DNA of 64,000 bases, from contig OZ024743.1 of assembly GCA_964016885.1 (NCBI GenBank), forward strand, positions 373,984,001-374,048,000. The letters run 5' to 3'. The notes under the pieces were generated by a model. The model was not told the DNA's origin, did not search any database, and saw only the letters and a list, made by a program, of their open reading frames with translations. How positions within the stretch are numbered: position 1 is the first letter of the stretch; the number at the start of each line of letters is the position of its first letter. Shown one piece after another: positions 42,891 through 56,739 of this stretch. Source of the DNA: Eledone cirrhosa. Lineage: Eukaryota. The position numbers and the translations under genes were made by a program.

Positions 42891-43484
42891 CCCTGTTCTA
42901 TTAGACCATTGTTTGTGCCATTTCTATTCTCTTTACTTCTAGAACCGTCTAAAGAGAACCAGACATCGCAACAAAAGTCAGTCGTTACATCATGACATCA
43001 AAATTCATGCCATCTGAAAATAACATTTAGAAACTTTCTGTTGAGATACGTTTTAAAGGTGGGAGTGAAAAGTATTAATTCAGTAGCAATGTCTCAGTCA
43101 TTCCTTGTCGTTCTCTTTTCTATGTCTTACTATCTCATGCCAGTTCTTCTATCTACTTTTGCTCCTCCCTCCTCTCTTTCTCATTCTCTGTGTCTGACGG
43201 TTTCTCTCTGTCTATAGCGGTTCGCTCTCACCCTCTATTTCTTTCATTCTTTCTTTTTCTTTGTCTCTCTTTCACTATCTGACTGCTTGTCCGCCAACAA
43301 TTCTCTCCTTCTTTCTCTTTTTCACTCTCTCTCTTTCTTTCTTTCTTTTTTCTTTCTCTCTCTCTCTTTCTCTTACTCTTTCTCTTTTTTCTCTTCGTGT
43401 CTATCCCACTGTCTGTAGATCTCTGTCTTCTCTCTCACACTCGCATTCTTTTTCGCCCCCCCCCCACCTCAAACACACACACAA

Positions 43485-43518
<34 letters not shown>

Positions 43519-43975
43519 AGCCCTTTTAAAACAGAAGACAGAATATATTACCTAAACCTCTTACCATCTGCTGTTTCCACCATCAAAAGGTGGGAGTGAG
43601 TGCTATTAATTCAACACCGTTCGAATGCCAGGACTGTTTGTCTATGTCTCTCTATGTATGGCTGATTGCCTGCTTCTTTCTTTCTCTCCGCTATACCTCC
43701 CCCCTGTCTTTCTATATATATAAATAAGTATATATATATATATATATGTACACCCCTACCCACCTATCTACCTGCCTACCTGCCTACCTGCCTACCTGCC
43801 TGCTTATCTACCAACCTACTTACCTTCCACTGTCTCGTTTCTCATTTTTAGCATTAACACATGTACACACACATACCGATGTACACATATACATACATAG
43901 AGTAGCACATATACACAAATACATATGAGCACACGCTTCTAACTAGTGTTGCGATTTATAATTGTTTTTCTAACT

Positions 43976-44085
<110 letters not shown>

Positions 44086-44168
44086 GTCGAAACTGCCGGA
44101 GCTCAGCCGTCGGGGTCCTGACTCTTTTCGTATATATAAGATCAAAAGATGGTTAAAATAGTTCCAAG

Positions 44169-44239
44169 TATTTTATTATGCGCATTTCAAAAACAAATAT
44201 CATCATGAGATGATATCTGCGTTTTCATCAGATAAAATA
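44169..44239 (-). ncRNA. Type I hammerhead ribozyme
   Basis: tattttat CTGATGA aaac gcagatatcatc tcat gatgatatttgt tttt GAAA tgcgca TA ataaaata. Confidence 0.82.
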
Positions 44240-44297
44240 GGGATACATGATATGAAGCTTAAAAAAACTTGTGAATAGTGAAGTTTTAAATCAACAT

Positions 44298-44358
<61 letters not shown>

Positions 44359-44560
44359 GAAACGAACGAAATTGTATTTCCAGGAGGTGGTTGAAGAGGA
44401 GCTTGATGCTTGTATTCGTTTATCGTTTAGGTCCGTTTTTCAATGTGCACATTTGCTTATATAGGACTTCTGTCCGACACGTCGAAACCTCTTCCACTTC
44501 CATCAAGCGTGAACCTAATATAACTGTATAATTGCCTCCTGTGTTTCGTTCGTTCATTTT

Positions 44561-44655
<95 letters not shown>

Positions 44656-45474
44656 CGAGAGAGAGAGAGAGAGATATAACGAAAATGAAAGTTACGGGCG
44701 AAAGAGGGCAATATCCATCGTCAGTTGTCTGTTAGGAATCATAGGTATTTCTTCGCGTTTCTCAGCCTAGGGTGAACAATAACTAAAATAAGTTATTGGG
44801 ATAAAAAGGGGAGGGGGGAGAGAAACACATGTAAACAGACACGAAGGGTGAAGCAACGAAAAGAGAGGAAAAATCAAGTCAACAACTCATTTCGAACATA
44901 AGTTCTGGTGGGTTTGACGAGAAAAAAGACACGTCTTAGCTGTTACCGTTTGAGTGAGAGAAGAGACTGCTTACAGTGGCAGACGAGGGAGGGAGTGAGC
45001 TAGCGGAGAGAGGGTGACTAGCAGAGAGGGAGTGTGTGAAAGTAAGAGGAAGCGAGAAAGAGATAGTTATAGTGGCAGGCTAGCCGAGAGAAGGTGACTA
45101 GCAGAAGAGGGAGAAGGAGAGAGAAGGGGTGAGAGAGGATAGCAATAAGGGGAGAAAAGAGAGACGGGTCACAGCGGAGAAGGAAACTATGTAAAATGGT
45201 GAGCTGTGTGGTTGCAATTAATATATATATATATATCCGTTTGTGGTTGACGGCTGAGAGAAAGGAGTACTCAATACTGAAGCAGACTTAGTTCTAGGTT
45301 CAGTGACTTCCAGTATAGCCCCTTGTTCACCAATGACATGTGAGCAAAACTTTTTCATGGAAACTCCAAAATAACAGCATTCTTATTTCGCTTGAATGAA
45401 ACAAATGAATATTAATCTCAACAATGGTATTGAATAGCCATTCTTACGATTGTCAATGTACACATACACACGCA

Positions 45475-45549
<75 letters not shown>

Positions 45550-45651
45550 TTTATATGTATATATGTATGTAATATACGTATTTATATATATAAACACACA
45601 TCCCTCTAACTACCTCACTCTCTCTATATATGTATATGTATATATATATAT

Positions 45652-45697
<46 letters not shown>

Positions 45698-46136
45698 TTA
45701 AATTCAAAGGAGTATATATGTATACATATATATTTAGACATAGTCACAGAAGATACATATATGAGTTTGGCTACCTTTCACAGTGAGGCTCAATGAAAGA
45801 TTAATTAAACAAATAATCATTAATCAGAGCTATATATAAAATTGTAAGTTTGAAGAAGTATTAGATAAAATATATACAGTATTTCCTCTCCCTAGTCCGT
45901 ATAAATCAACCACATAAAACTCATTTAAACGAGGCTATAAGTTTAAAATGTACCTATGAAGAAATAATACACAAATGATACAGACTATCTTCCGCGATGT
46001 ACAGCAATATAAAATTTATCCAGTTATTTCTTTTAGCCTGTAGAAATTGACTAGACAAATAATTAACTATACGGTGTTAGGTACAAAATAGAAGTTTGAA
46101 GAAAAAATGCACATAAACTTTACCAAAATTCCTGTA

Positions 46137-46222
46137 GTCCCGACTACCGGTAGTTTCGTTCCATTTTTTTGGATATATCCGATCTTGGATCTATCCATGA
46201 GGCTTGGAACTCATCAGGAGAC
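46137..46222 (-). ncRNA. Type I hammerhead ribozyme (mirror copy)
   Basis: Reverse complement of 46497-46582. Confidence 0.87.
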
Positions 46223-46496
46223 ACCCCAGTCTGGACTAAGTTTTCTACCATGATCCCCGCCAGAAATGAATTCAAAATGGCTAAGAACTATCACGTGGCC
46301 AGCGGTCAAGGCAGAAAATTTGTGATTGGTGCCTGTCGGCGAGTAGGCTGGTTGCTAGACTGCCTAAAGTTTTACTCAACCTTACGGGAGTATATATTAA
46401 ATTCAAAGGGGTATATATATATATAATTAGACATAGTCACAGATACATATATGAGACTCGCGGGATCATGGTTGTAAACTTAGTCCAGACTGGGGT

Positions 46497-46582
46497 GTCT
46501 CCTGATGAGTTCCAAGCCTCATGGATAGATCCAAGATCGGATATATCCAAAAAAATGGAACGAAACTACCGGTAGTCGGGAC
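46497..46582 (+). ncRNA. Type I hammerhead ribozyme
   Basis: gtctc CTGATGA gttcca...tggaac GAAA ctaccggtag TC gggac; canonical core, GUC. Confidence 0.88.
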
Positions 46583-46880
46583 TACAGGAATTTTGGTAAA
46601 GTTTATGTGCATTTTTTCTTCAAACTTCTATTTTGTACCTAACACCGTATAGTTAATTATTTGTCTAGTCAATTTCTACAGGCTAAAAGAAATAACTGGA
46701 TAAATTTTATATTGCTGTACATCGCGGAAGATAGTCTGTATCATTTGTGTATTATTTCTTCATAGGTACATTTTAAACTTATAGCCTCGTTTAAATGAGT
46801 TTTATGTGGTTGATTTATACGGACTAGGGAGAGGAAATACTGTATATATTTTATCTAATACTTCTTCAAACTTACAATTT

Positions 46881-46966
<86 letters not shown>

Positions 46967-46967
<1 letters not shown>

Positions 46968-47231
46968 TGATTCGTTTGTAATTATGCAAAGAGCTTCTTA
47001 AGCCATGTCGGTAGAATGACCCCATTATTCTTGCTCTATGTAAATATACATAGAGAGACAGATATAGATATAGACGTGTATATTCATATATATATATAAT
47101 GGGGTCATTCTACCGACATGGCTTAAGAATCTCTTTGCATAATTGCAAACGAATCAAATATTATAATTAATATTCGAAACACTCAGATTTACATTTCTTG
47201 TATTCAGCCAGTAGAGCGATAGAACTATTTG

Positions 47232-47233
<2 letters not shown>
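46967..47233 (+). mobile_element. Short fold-back (~62-bp arms) with tail
   Basis: Arms 46967-47028 and 47096-47157, between (TA)n tracts. Confidence 0.8.
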
Positions 47234-47289
<56 letters not shown>

Positions 47290-47421
47290 TGCATTAGCCG
47301 TCGAAACGGCTTGAGCTCAGCCGTCGGGGTCCTAATCGTTCCTATTACCCACTCTACTACCCTAAGTATTGAGTACTTTGGTGCGTTATGGTCCACCTGG
47401 TTCCTTACCACATTTCCTTCG

Positions 47422-47483
<62 letters not shown>

Positions 47484-47545
47484 ATATATATAACCAACAA
47501 ATATACGTTATATATATATATATGTTATATATATATATATATATG

Positions 47546-47641
<96 letters not shown>

Positions 47642-47788
47642 TATTTTCCGTTCTGTTGTAATATAAATATTACACACAGTAGATTATCAGCTCACGTAGA
47701 GTTTGCTCGACGGTTCCAGTTGTAGTTCCAAAAGTAATCCGGAGAAAAATAGAAAGATTTGAATGGATACAGTTTAGTTGAAAGGAAT

Positions 47789-47905
47789 TTATTGACACGT
47801 GTTTCTATAACAGTTACATAACCTAAAACAGCTATCTACAAACTTTTAGTTATGCAGACATTCAATATTTCAATGTTATTATTTACTGTCATTTCATCAG
47901 AATAA
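47789..47905 (-). ncRNA. Type I hammerhead ribozyme (mirror copy)
   Basis: Reverse complement of 49888-50004. Confidence 0.78.
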
Positions 47906-48491
47906 TATTACTGAGGACCTATTTAGTTTTTATAGAGAATATTAGGAGGGAGGGGTGAAGTTGTTAGAAGAATAGTTGAAGGAGTGGTTTTTCGATAGCA
48001 GTGAGAATTCTTGGTGGCAGTGAGTAATTAGATTCCCATCTGTTGTTTTGACATTTTTTATAGAATATATTATTGGTTATTTTTCTAAATCTATAGAAGG
48101 ATTAGAGATAGTGAAGATATGCGTGGTTGGTTTTGTGTTTGCACTTAATTAACATTCAGACTTAAATTTTTCTTTCAAGTGTACGTATCCTTTCACCCAC
48201 GCATTCACACACAAATATATTTGCACACCTCTACAAAATACATATACACACAATTCACATATTCATACTTACATATATATACACATGCATACACATATAT
48301 ATACACACATGTATTCATGTACATACATACGCGCTCATGTGTATACATTTTCATACTCAACTTATCTTTATATACACACGTATAGACACACACATATATA
48401 CATACATACTCTAGTCCATGTGTACACACATACACATACATACACATCCATATACACATATATACATACACATATATACATACATATATAC

Positions 48492-48546
<55 letters not shown>

Positions 48547-49252
48547 CATATACATACATACACAAACATACATATACACACATATACATATATATATATA
48601 TATAAGCACTTTAATACATGAATACACTTACATCTAACTATACACATCAAACATATATATATATTTACTTATTTATATACATTTTCACATATATATACAT
48701 ACTTATGGACGTTTTTAGACACATTCATTATCGCATATTTGTACCTATTCTCATCAGCATATCTTTTCATTATTAGTATGGTAATTTAAGGTTATTAATA
48801 TATGTTGAGAAGAGATTGTTTTTATATTTTTCTAACTAGATTAAGGTTTATATAGTTGGGGGATGTCCCTCTTTTATGTAATATTCGGCTTGTAGTGGGA
48901 AAAAAGGGTTTTAGTTCTGTGACGGCAGAATAATGTTCGTTCAATTCTGTTATTCAGCAGTTTCTTCTTGTGTGTAAAAACAATCTCTTCTCAACATATA
49001 TTAATAACCTTAAATTACCATACTAATAATGAAAAGATATGCTGATGAGAATAGGTACAAATATGCGATAATGAATGTGTCTAAAAACGTCCATAAGTAT
49101 GTATATATATGTGAAAATGTATATAAATAAGTAAATATATATATATGTTTGATGTGTATAGTTAGATGTAAGTGTATTCATGTATTAAAGTGCTTATATA
49201 TATATATATATGTATATGTGTGTATATGTATGTTTGTGTATGTATGTATATG

Positions 49253-49301
<49 letters not shown>

Positions 49302-49887
49302 GTATATATGTATGTATATATGTGTATGTATATATGTGTATATGGATGTGTATGTATGTGTATGTGTGTACACATGGACTAGAGTATGTATGTATATATG
49401 TGTGTGTCTATACGTGTGTATATAAAGATAAGTTGAGTATGAAAATGTATACACATGAGCGCGTATGTATGTACATGAATACATGTGTGTATATATATGT
49501 GTATGCATGTGTATATATATGTAAGTATGAATATGTGAATTGTGTGTATATGTATTTTGTAGAGGTGTGCAAATATATTTGTGTGTGAATGCGTGGGTGA
49601 AAGGATACGTACACTTGAAAGAAAAATTTAAGTCTGAATGTTAATTAAGTGCAAACACAAAACCAACCACGCATATCTTCACTATCTCTAATCCTTCTAT
49701 AGATTTAGAAAAATAACCAATAATATATTCTATAAAAAATGTCAAAACAACAGATGGGAATCTAATTACTCACTGCCACCAAGAATTCTCACTGCTATCG
49801 AAAAACCACTCCTTCAACTATTCTTCTAACAACTTCACCCCTCCCTCCTAATATTCTCTATAAAAACTAAATAGGTCCTCAGTAATA

Positions 49888-50004
49888 TTATTCTGATGAA
49901 ATGACAGTAAATAATAACATTGAAATATTGAATGTCTGCATAACTAAAAGTTTGTAGATAGCTGTTTTAGGTTATGTAACTGTTATAGAAACACGTGTCA
50001 ATAA
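49888..50004 (+). ncRNA. Type I hammerhead ribozyme with extended stem II
   Basis: ttatt CTGATGA aa tgacagt...actgtta ta GAAA cacgtg TC aataa. Confidence 0.78.
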
Positions 50005-50038
50005 ATTCCTTTCAACTAAACTGTATCCATTCAAATCT

Positions 50039-50141
<103 letters not shown>

Positions 50142-50280
50142 TATATATATATATATGTATATATATAACTAACAAATATATACAAATGTGTGTGTAAATA
50201 TATATATATATATATTTATATGTATGTATATATATAACTAACAAATATATACAAATCTGTGTGTAAATATATATATAAAT

Positions 50281-50526
50281 ATCACACCAGGACACGTCAA
50301 AACAGAAACTGACCACACAAAATTCAAGAAGTCTTTGGACAAATTCCTCCAAGTAATCCCGGACAAACCACCCATACCCGGATATGTCTCCGCAAACAGT
50401 AATTCTCTTCTCGAATGGGCCATGGTGCCCAAATCCTGAATTGAAAGACTTCGCCAGGTGGTGCTATTAAGTTAGACATGGCCTGGGCCAATACTGGCCA
50501 AAACATTTCAAAGTTATTCAAAGTTA
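50281..50526 (+). mobile_element. CR1-group LINE 3' fragment
   Basis: Translates [32 protein letters not shown], then short 3'UTR ending (ttcaaagtta)x2. Confidence 0.7.
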
Positions 50527-50577
50527 TATATATATATATGTATATATAATTAACAAATATATATACAAATGTGTGTG

Positions 50578-50615
<38 letters not shown>

Positions 50616-50634
50616 CATACACATTCATACACAC

Positions 50635-50693
<59 letters not shown>

Positions 50694-52005
50694 CGCACAT
50701 ATATACACACCTATGTATGTATATATATCAATTTGAGTATAACCTAATTATATTTCCATTTCACAATCTCTCCTGCCAACATATATTGGCAGGAAGGAAC
50801 ATTGTTGAATCAGCAACGTCCAATGAAACTCACTGTCGCCATCTTACTAACTTCTCTCTCTCTCTCTTTTTTCCTCTTTCTAATGCTTTCGTACTCTCTT
50901 ATTCTCACTCCCTGTCTATTTTTCTTCGTTTGTCTTTCTTTCTCTGTATCTATCTGTCTTTCTCTCTGATTCTCAATTTCTTTTATTCTGCATCTGTGTA
51001 TTTCATTTTCATGCAGCTCATTCTCCATCATTCCCTCTCTTCTATCTCTCTCCCCCACTCTCTGTCTTTCTGTCTATCTATGCCTCTCTCCCTCTTTATC
51101 TCTATTTTTCTTTCTATTTCTTTGTTTCTGTCCAGATTCTTTCTTTTTCTCTCCCTCTCTCTCTCTTTCTCTCTCCCCTCTCCTTCTTTCTCTCTCCCTC
51201 TCTCTCACTTCCTCTCTCTCTTTCTCCCTCCCTTTATCTTTCCCTCTCTCTCTTTCCCTCTATTTCTACCCTCCCTCTCTTTATCTCTCCCTCTCTCTGT
51301 TTCTCTCTTTCTCTCTTTACTACATCTGTCACTGTATGTCTTTGTCTCTCTCTCTCTGTTCTCTCTCCCTACTCTCTCTCTCTCAGTTTCCTTTTCAAAT
51401 CATGTTCGACTTAATGCCAAGTTTTTACACATCACAAGACACACACTCTCTCACGCACACACACAATCCAAGACACATACACGCACACGCATATTACATT
51501 GACACATTACAGACACGAAAACACACATACACACGCAGTCAAAAGCCCACACACTTACGTGTGCACAGACATATACCTTCACACGAACTCTTGTTAAGAC
51601 ACATAATTCATAATATCGGTCACTCTCCGACTGGTTTCCGGTCGAGCCCATAGCTGTGGAGACTTCTGGTGTCCTTGGCCCTAGGACCATCTCCCTACTC
51701 ACTACCATCGGCATGGAATTGGCTACCCGCAGGTGTAAGCCTCGCGAGCTGGAATGCTTCTTCCAACACGTCTCCGGGGAAGCGCCTCTTCTACTCTGTC
51801 CGCCGGGGCCGTTGGGCGGCCAGCAAGTGGACCCATATTTGCTCACAATAGTGAGAGATGGGGAGCGCGGGAGAGACGGAGGCAGTGACAGTGGGAGTTT
51901 GTTTCCAGTATGTTCGGACCTGGTATATATATATATCTATATATATATTTATCATACAACATTCTAATGTAATGTACTCCACGGATTATAGACACTTAAA
52001 ATCGC

Positions 52006-52233
52006 CTAACCCTTTAGCATTCACATTACTCTATATATACTATTGTATTTTTATGGTAAAGGCTTTATCTCACATAATTATCTCACATAATATCGAATCT
52101 ATGAGATTTTGAAAGTATTTATTTTGAGTACAAAACCTTAACATCAGTTTGAGCAACCAGTTATAGCCAGTTTCAACAGAAAAAGGTAGAGAATTCTGGC
52201 CGGTTTTGGCTGGTTTGAACATTAAAGGGTTAA
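52006..52233. mobile_element. Possible piggyBac-like MITE
   Basis: ctaaccctttagcattca ... tgaacattaaagggttaa: imperfect TIRs starting CCC with TTAA-like flanks. Confidence 0.55.
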
Positions 52234-52235
52234 AA

Positions 52236-52669
52236 CAGAGGTTCTCAAACTTTTTGCGGCCACCGCCCCCACTCACGGACACATAATACACTCAGCGCCC
52301 TCCAGCCCTATTTCCAGACAGACCTGCCTACACGCAAATTGTAAATAATATATAATAAATAAAATAGATAATTTATATATAATAAATAATATAATTGTTT
52401 CTACTTTTGGCACAAGGCCAGCAATTACCCAGTGCATTACTGGTACTTTATTTTATCAACCCCGTAAGGATGAAAGATACTATGTATAAATAAATATTAT
52501 ATATTTTTCATTTTACTATATTTATATATAATATGTAACATTTGATATTTAATATACTATTATATCATCTCTACCCCCCCCCCCCCACTGCCCACTTAGG
52601 TGCCAGTTCCCCCCTTGACCTTCTCAACGCCACCCCGGGGGGCAGTAACGCCCACTTTGAGAAGCTCTG
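52236..52669. mobile_element. hAT-like MITE with nested SINE fragment
   Basis: TIRs cagaggttctcaaa / tttgagaagctctg; flanks ggttaaaa / gcttacaa (6/8, decayed 8-bp TSD); SINE piece ~52393-52476. Confidence 0.72.
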
Positions 52670-53096
52670 GCTTACAATCTCAAAAGTTCCTAAAAAACGA
52701 AAATATTCTACGAAAAATCATAGAAATATGTGTAGGTATCTACACGTGTATTTGTGTGCGTATGTGTGTGTGTATGTGTGTGTATGTGTTGTGTGTGTAT
52801 GTGTGTGTATCCTTATGTGTATGTGTGTGTGTATGTGTGTATGTGTATATGTATGTGTGTGTACATGCAGGTGCGTGTGCATGTGTAAATATATGAAGGA
52901 TTGCGTGTGTATATGTGTATATGCACGTATGTTGGTGTGTGTAGAACTGTAACGATTATGCTTACGTGTGTGTTTCTACGTATGAATGCGTGAGTGCGAG
53001 GGGGTATATATATATATATATGTGTGTGTGTATATATATATATGTGTGTGTATGTATGTGTATATATGTATATTTATATATGTACATATATATATA

Positions 53097-53143
<47 letters not shown>

Positions 53144-53342
53144 ATATATATATATGTGTGTGTATGTATGTGTATATATGTATATACTAGTATCACCGCA
53201 AGTGCCACACATCCGCATGAGTTGGTGAAAAGAAACTAGATGTAACAGTTGTTAAATTTTAAGTGAGTATTATTTTCCACTAAACAATTAAATATATACG
53301 CATGTCATTCATATATATATATATATATATACGTATGTCATT

Positions 53343-53398
<56 letters not shown>

Positions 53399-53610
53399 TT
53401 AGGTATCGAGAGAGAGAAGAAAAGGAGGGATAGGTGATACATGTAGTTATTTGCCAAATAGCGTATGCAAAAATGTGCTCAATACTAGTGCCGGCAGTAT
53501 GAAATATTAGAAGTGTTAATATTTAGTGGGCTAGAGAGTTAGCAGAGCGTAAGCACGTGGAAAAGTAAGACATCGGAGAACAGACCGTTAATACATGTTT
53601 ATTTAAAACA

Positions 53611-53660
53611 GCACCTACGTACGTTTCGCCCAGTTGGGCTTGTCAAGGGCATAAATAACC
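53611..53660 (-). ncRNA. Hammerhead motif with U3-A8 core
   Basis: gccc TTGACAA gccc aact gggc GAAA cgtacg TA ggtgc. Confidence 0.72.
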
Positions 53661-55025
53661 CAAAGTGTTCCTTACATTGCTCGGAAAGTGTTCTTGGGGT
53701 TAAGTTCACGTCATAATTCATTCTTCGCAAAAAAAGCGTGTTTTGATTTTGCAGTAGGTCAAGGGAGGTAATTCTGGCCGGTGTTAAGGCAATCTTTCCC
53801 GGACAAATTTTTTATCCGTTACAAGATGTGGTTATAACTTTACCATTGTCGATACGCACAGGGTCAGGTGATCAACACTTATTTTGAGACGTTTGTTTTC
53901 GCACCTGCTCGCCTGGGTCGTTTGAAGCTGGGTCTGGGATGCATGGTTAGTTTCCTGGATGTTTTTTGGCGGCGCCTGCCCGCAGGGGTGTTCAAGCTTG
54001 TTGCAGGGAGACCCGGTACACGGTTTCACTCCTCAGCCCTAACCCATCTGAAGAAGGATATTTTTAAGCGATGCGTACAACTTATCGTTTCAGATCTATT
54101 GTTGATGAGCTCGTGGGGTGCAGTTATGATGTGGTAGAGCTCCATGAGGCAAAGATCGCACTTCCTCTTGAAGTTGTACGGTGCAGCCCTGCCGAAAATA
54201 TCCCAGTGCGTGGAGAAGCTGATGTTTAAGTATTTTAATGATGTGATGTAGTCCGCGAGCGAAGTGGAGTGTCTTAATTTCTTATTTGTGAAAGAGTGGA
54301 GATGTGTTCGAAATCTAATTTTGAACGGGCCGGAGGTAGCCCCTATATAATGTTTAACGCTATTGTGGCTAGTTACAGTGCCCTTATATATAACCGTATC
54401 AGTAAATCAGTATCCTCTAAGGTGGCAGCGTCCCCTGTCGCAGCAGTTGCAATTTCTGTCGCGGTTCCTTTCACTTCCCACGATAAGGCTATCATTGTTG
54501 CTATCTACGTTGTTATCTACGCTCCGCACCTGTCGTTAGCACCATTACAACCGTTGTAATCGTGCGCGGGGTGGTACGATTATTATTCCGCACGTCATGT
54601 CCTGCATGTTCCCCAGTCATGTCGCGGTTATGCAGGTTGCGTCTGTAGAGGCCGTTGCCAGCACTATTGGATGCTGCTAGGGAGTTGTTAAGGCCGATAT
54701 AGTTATTGTCAGGTGTAGGTACGTCTGTGCTAAGGTGCTGTGTCTTGGTGATCTTACTGTGGTTCGTTGTTCCTATGATGTCTGCTAGGTTAGGAGTAGT
54801 AGGGAAGGATATTTTTATATTGTTCCTATTAAGGATTTTTCTATACCTATGGTTGGGCTGGAAGTTCTTCCCTAAGGCTTCGGAGAATATCCAGGGTATG
54901 TTGGAGGCCACACTCCGAGAGTAGGGAAGGTGGAACCATAGGACGTTATGGTGGCGATTACGTGTTCTTGTACGTTTGCTACGGGTGGTTCCATCAAGGT
55001 GACCGCTCTTATGTATGTTAATGCG

Positions 55026-56186
55026 CTATAGCCCGTTACGTTCCCCTTTCACTTTATGCTCGGGTGCACTCTTCTTCCTCCTTCCTTGTGTATGTACAGG
55101 AAGATGTTGGTTGGAAGGCATTGGTATTAGGCCGTCGCCTTTGTTGATTTTATAGTAGGGGAATAATTCGAGTAGGCTACAGTGGTCACTGTCACCGGGG
55201 TCGTGATCTTTATTGTGTGGTAAGTTACCTATACCATCGCCAGTGTAATTAACGTTGCGGCCGTGTTCCTTAGTGCGATTATCTATTCTATTATATCCAA
55301 CTGCTACGAAGTCGCTGCGTGATCGGTTATAGGTATGGCTTACTATAACGTTCGTTTTATGAGGGGTGGGGTGGGTGGGGGGTTTTCTAGAGCTAGCGTT
55401 AGGGATGTAGGAAATTCCTCGGTTAAAGTCGGCGCTTATCAAGGCCCTATTGTAGTAATCTGCCGCTTGGTTGAAGATATCCTCATTGGCGGAGAGCCTT
55501 GAAATTCTATGTGAGATGCTATAGACTATGGGGTTGAGAGTCTGCATAGGGTGGTTGGAGGCATAATTAATATAAGAAAGGCACTCTCCAGGCTCATGGT
55601 ATGGCTTGTATAAGCCTGTACTCAACTCCAGGGTCACGTCCAGGAAGTTGACAACCTGGTGGTTGAGGTCTATAGTTACGGATGGGCCGTATGACTTGAA
55701 GAAGCTGTGTATATGTTTGTTAAGGTTCTCTATCCTACGAGGGCTATGGTTCCTAACGGTAAACAGGGCGTCGTCCCTATATACACCTCCTTGTATGGCC
55801 AGTATCTCGTCCCTAAGCTTATGGAGGAGGTATATCCCGACCAGGTCAGTTGCTTGCGCTAAGTCACTGGACCCCATCGTGACATCGAAGTTATCAGGAC
55901 GGTTGGTTCTGGTCCAGTGGGAGCCTTCGAACTGGATAATGGTTCTACGCGCCGCTAGAAATATGTCTATTTCTTTTTTAGTGAGGCTAGTGTTAGATTT
56001 AGCTAATATGAGGGCCTTATTTAAGAGTATGGGGGAGATAGAGGCGTAGTAACTATCTATGTCAAACTGGATGAACTTCAGGGTCGCTTTATCAGGCAAC
56101 TCGGTGAACCAATTTATGACCTGGTCGGTGTTGCCCCAGACCTTAGCCTGTCTATTAAGCTCCAGTAGTACTCTGTCGAGGATCAC
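55026..56186 (-). pseudogene. PLE reverse transcriptase core
   Basis: 386-aa frame with PLE RT motifs including YRDD; element is 5'-truncated and frame-disrupted. Confidence 0.88.
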
Positions 56187-56625
56187 TTTACTATTATTAC
56201 ATATATCAAATGTAGAGGGGCATATTAGTCTAATAGAGGGGCTTTCATTAAAGTCATATTTGTGATCCTTAAGAGAGAATCTAGGCGTCAGAGGGACGTA
56301 CGGGTTAGTGTACTTTTCTATTTCTAAGCAGGTGACTATATCCTTCCCTACTCTATTTATGTCATTTAGGGTACTAAAAGGTCTCTTTTTGTAGTCTTTG
56401 TGTAGTTCCTTATAGATGAATTTTTAATACTTTAAAGATTGCCCTAACATCGGCCAGAGTTAGCTCCCTTGACCTACTGCAAAATCAAAACACGCTTTTT
56501 TTCGCGAAGAATGAATTATGACGTGAACATAACCCCCAAAACACTTTCCGAGCAATGTACGTAGGTGCAGTTTTAAATAAACATGTATTAACGGTCTGTT
56601 CCCCGATTTCTTACTTTTCCACGTG

Positions 56626-56675
<50 letters not shown>

Positions 56676-56703
56676 GTTCCCCGATTTCTTACTTTTCCAC
56701 GTG

Positions 56704-56717
<14 letters not shown>

Positions 56718-56739
<22 letters not shown>

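Larger units (their letters stand above)
45694..46885 (-). mobile_element. ORF-less fold-back element (~420-bp arms) with hammerheads
   Basis: Arms ~45837-46258 and ~46461-46882; tail 45694-45836, partly repeated directly at 46393-46455; in (TA)n. Confidence 0.9.
53395..56626 (-). mobile_element. Penelope-like element with inverted pLTR
   Basis: RT 55026-56186 (QFDIDSYY, MGSSDLAQATDLVG, YRDDAL, VNFLDVTL); GIY-YIG ~54050-54400 (VIYKG...HYIGATSGPFKIRF...CDLCLME); 53553-53775 inverted at 56453-56626. Confidence 0.92.
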
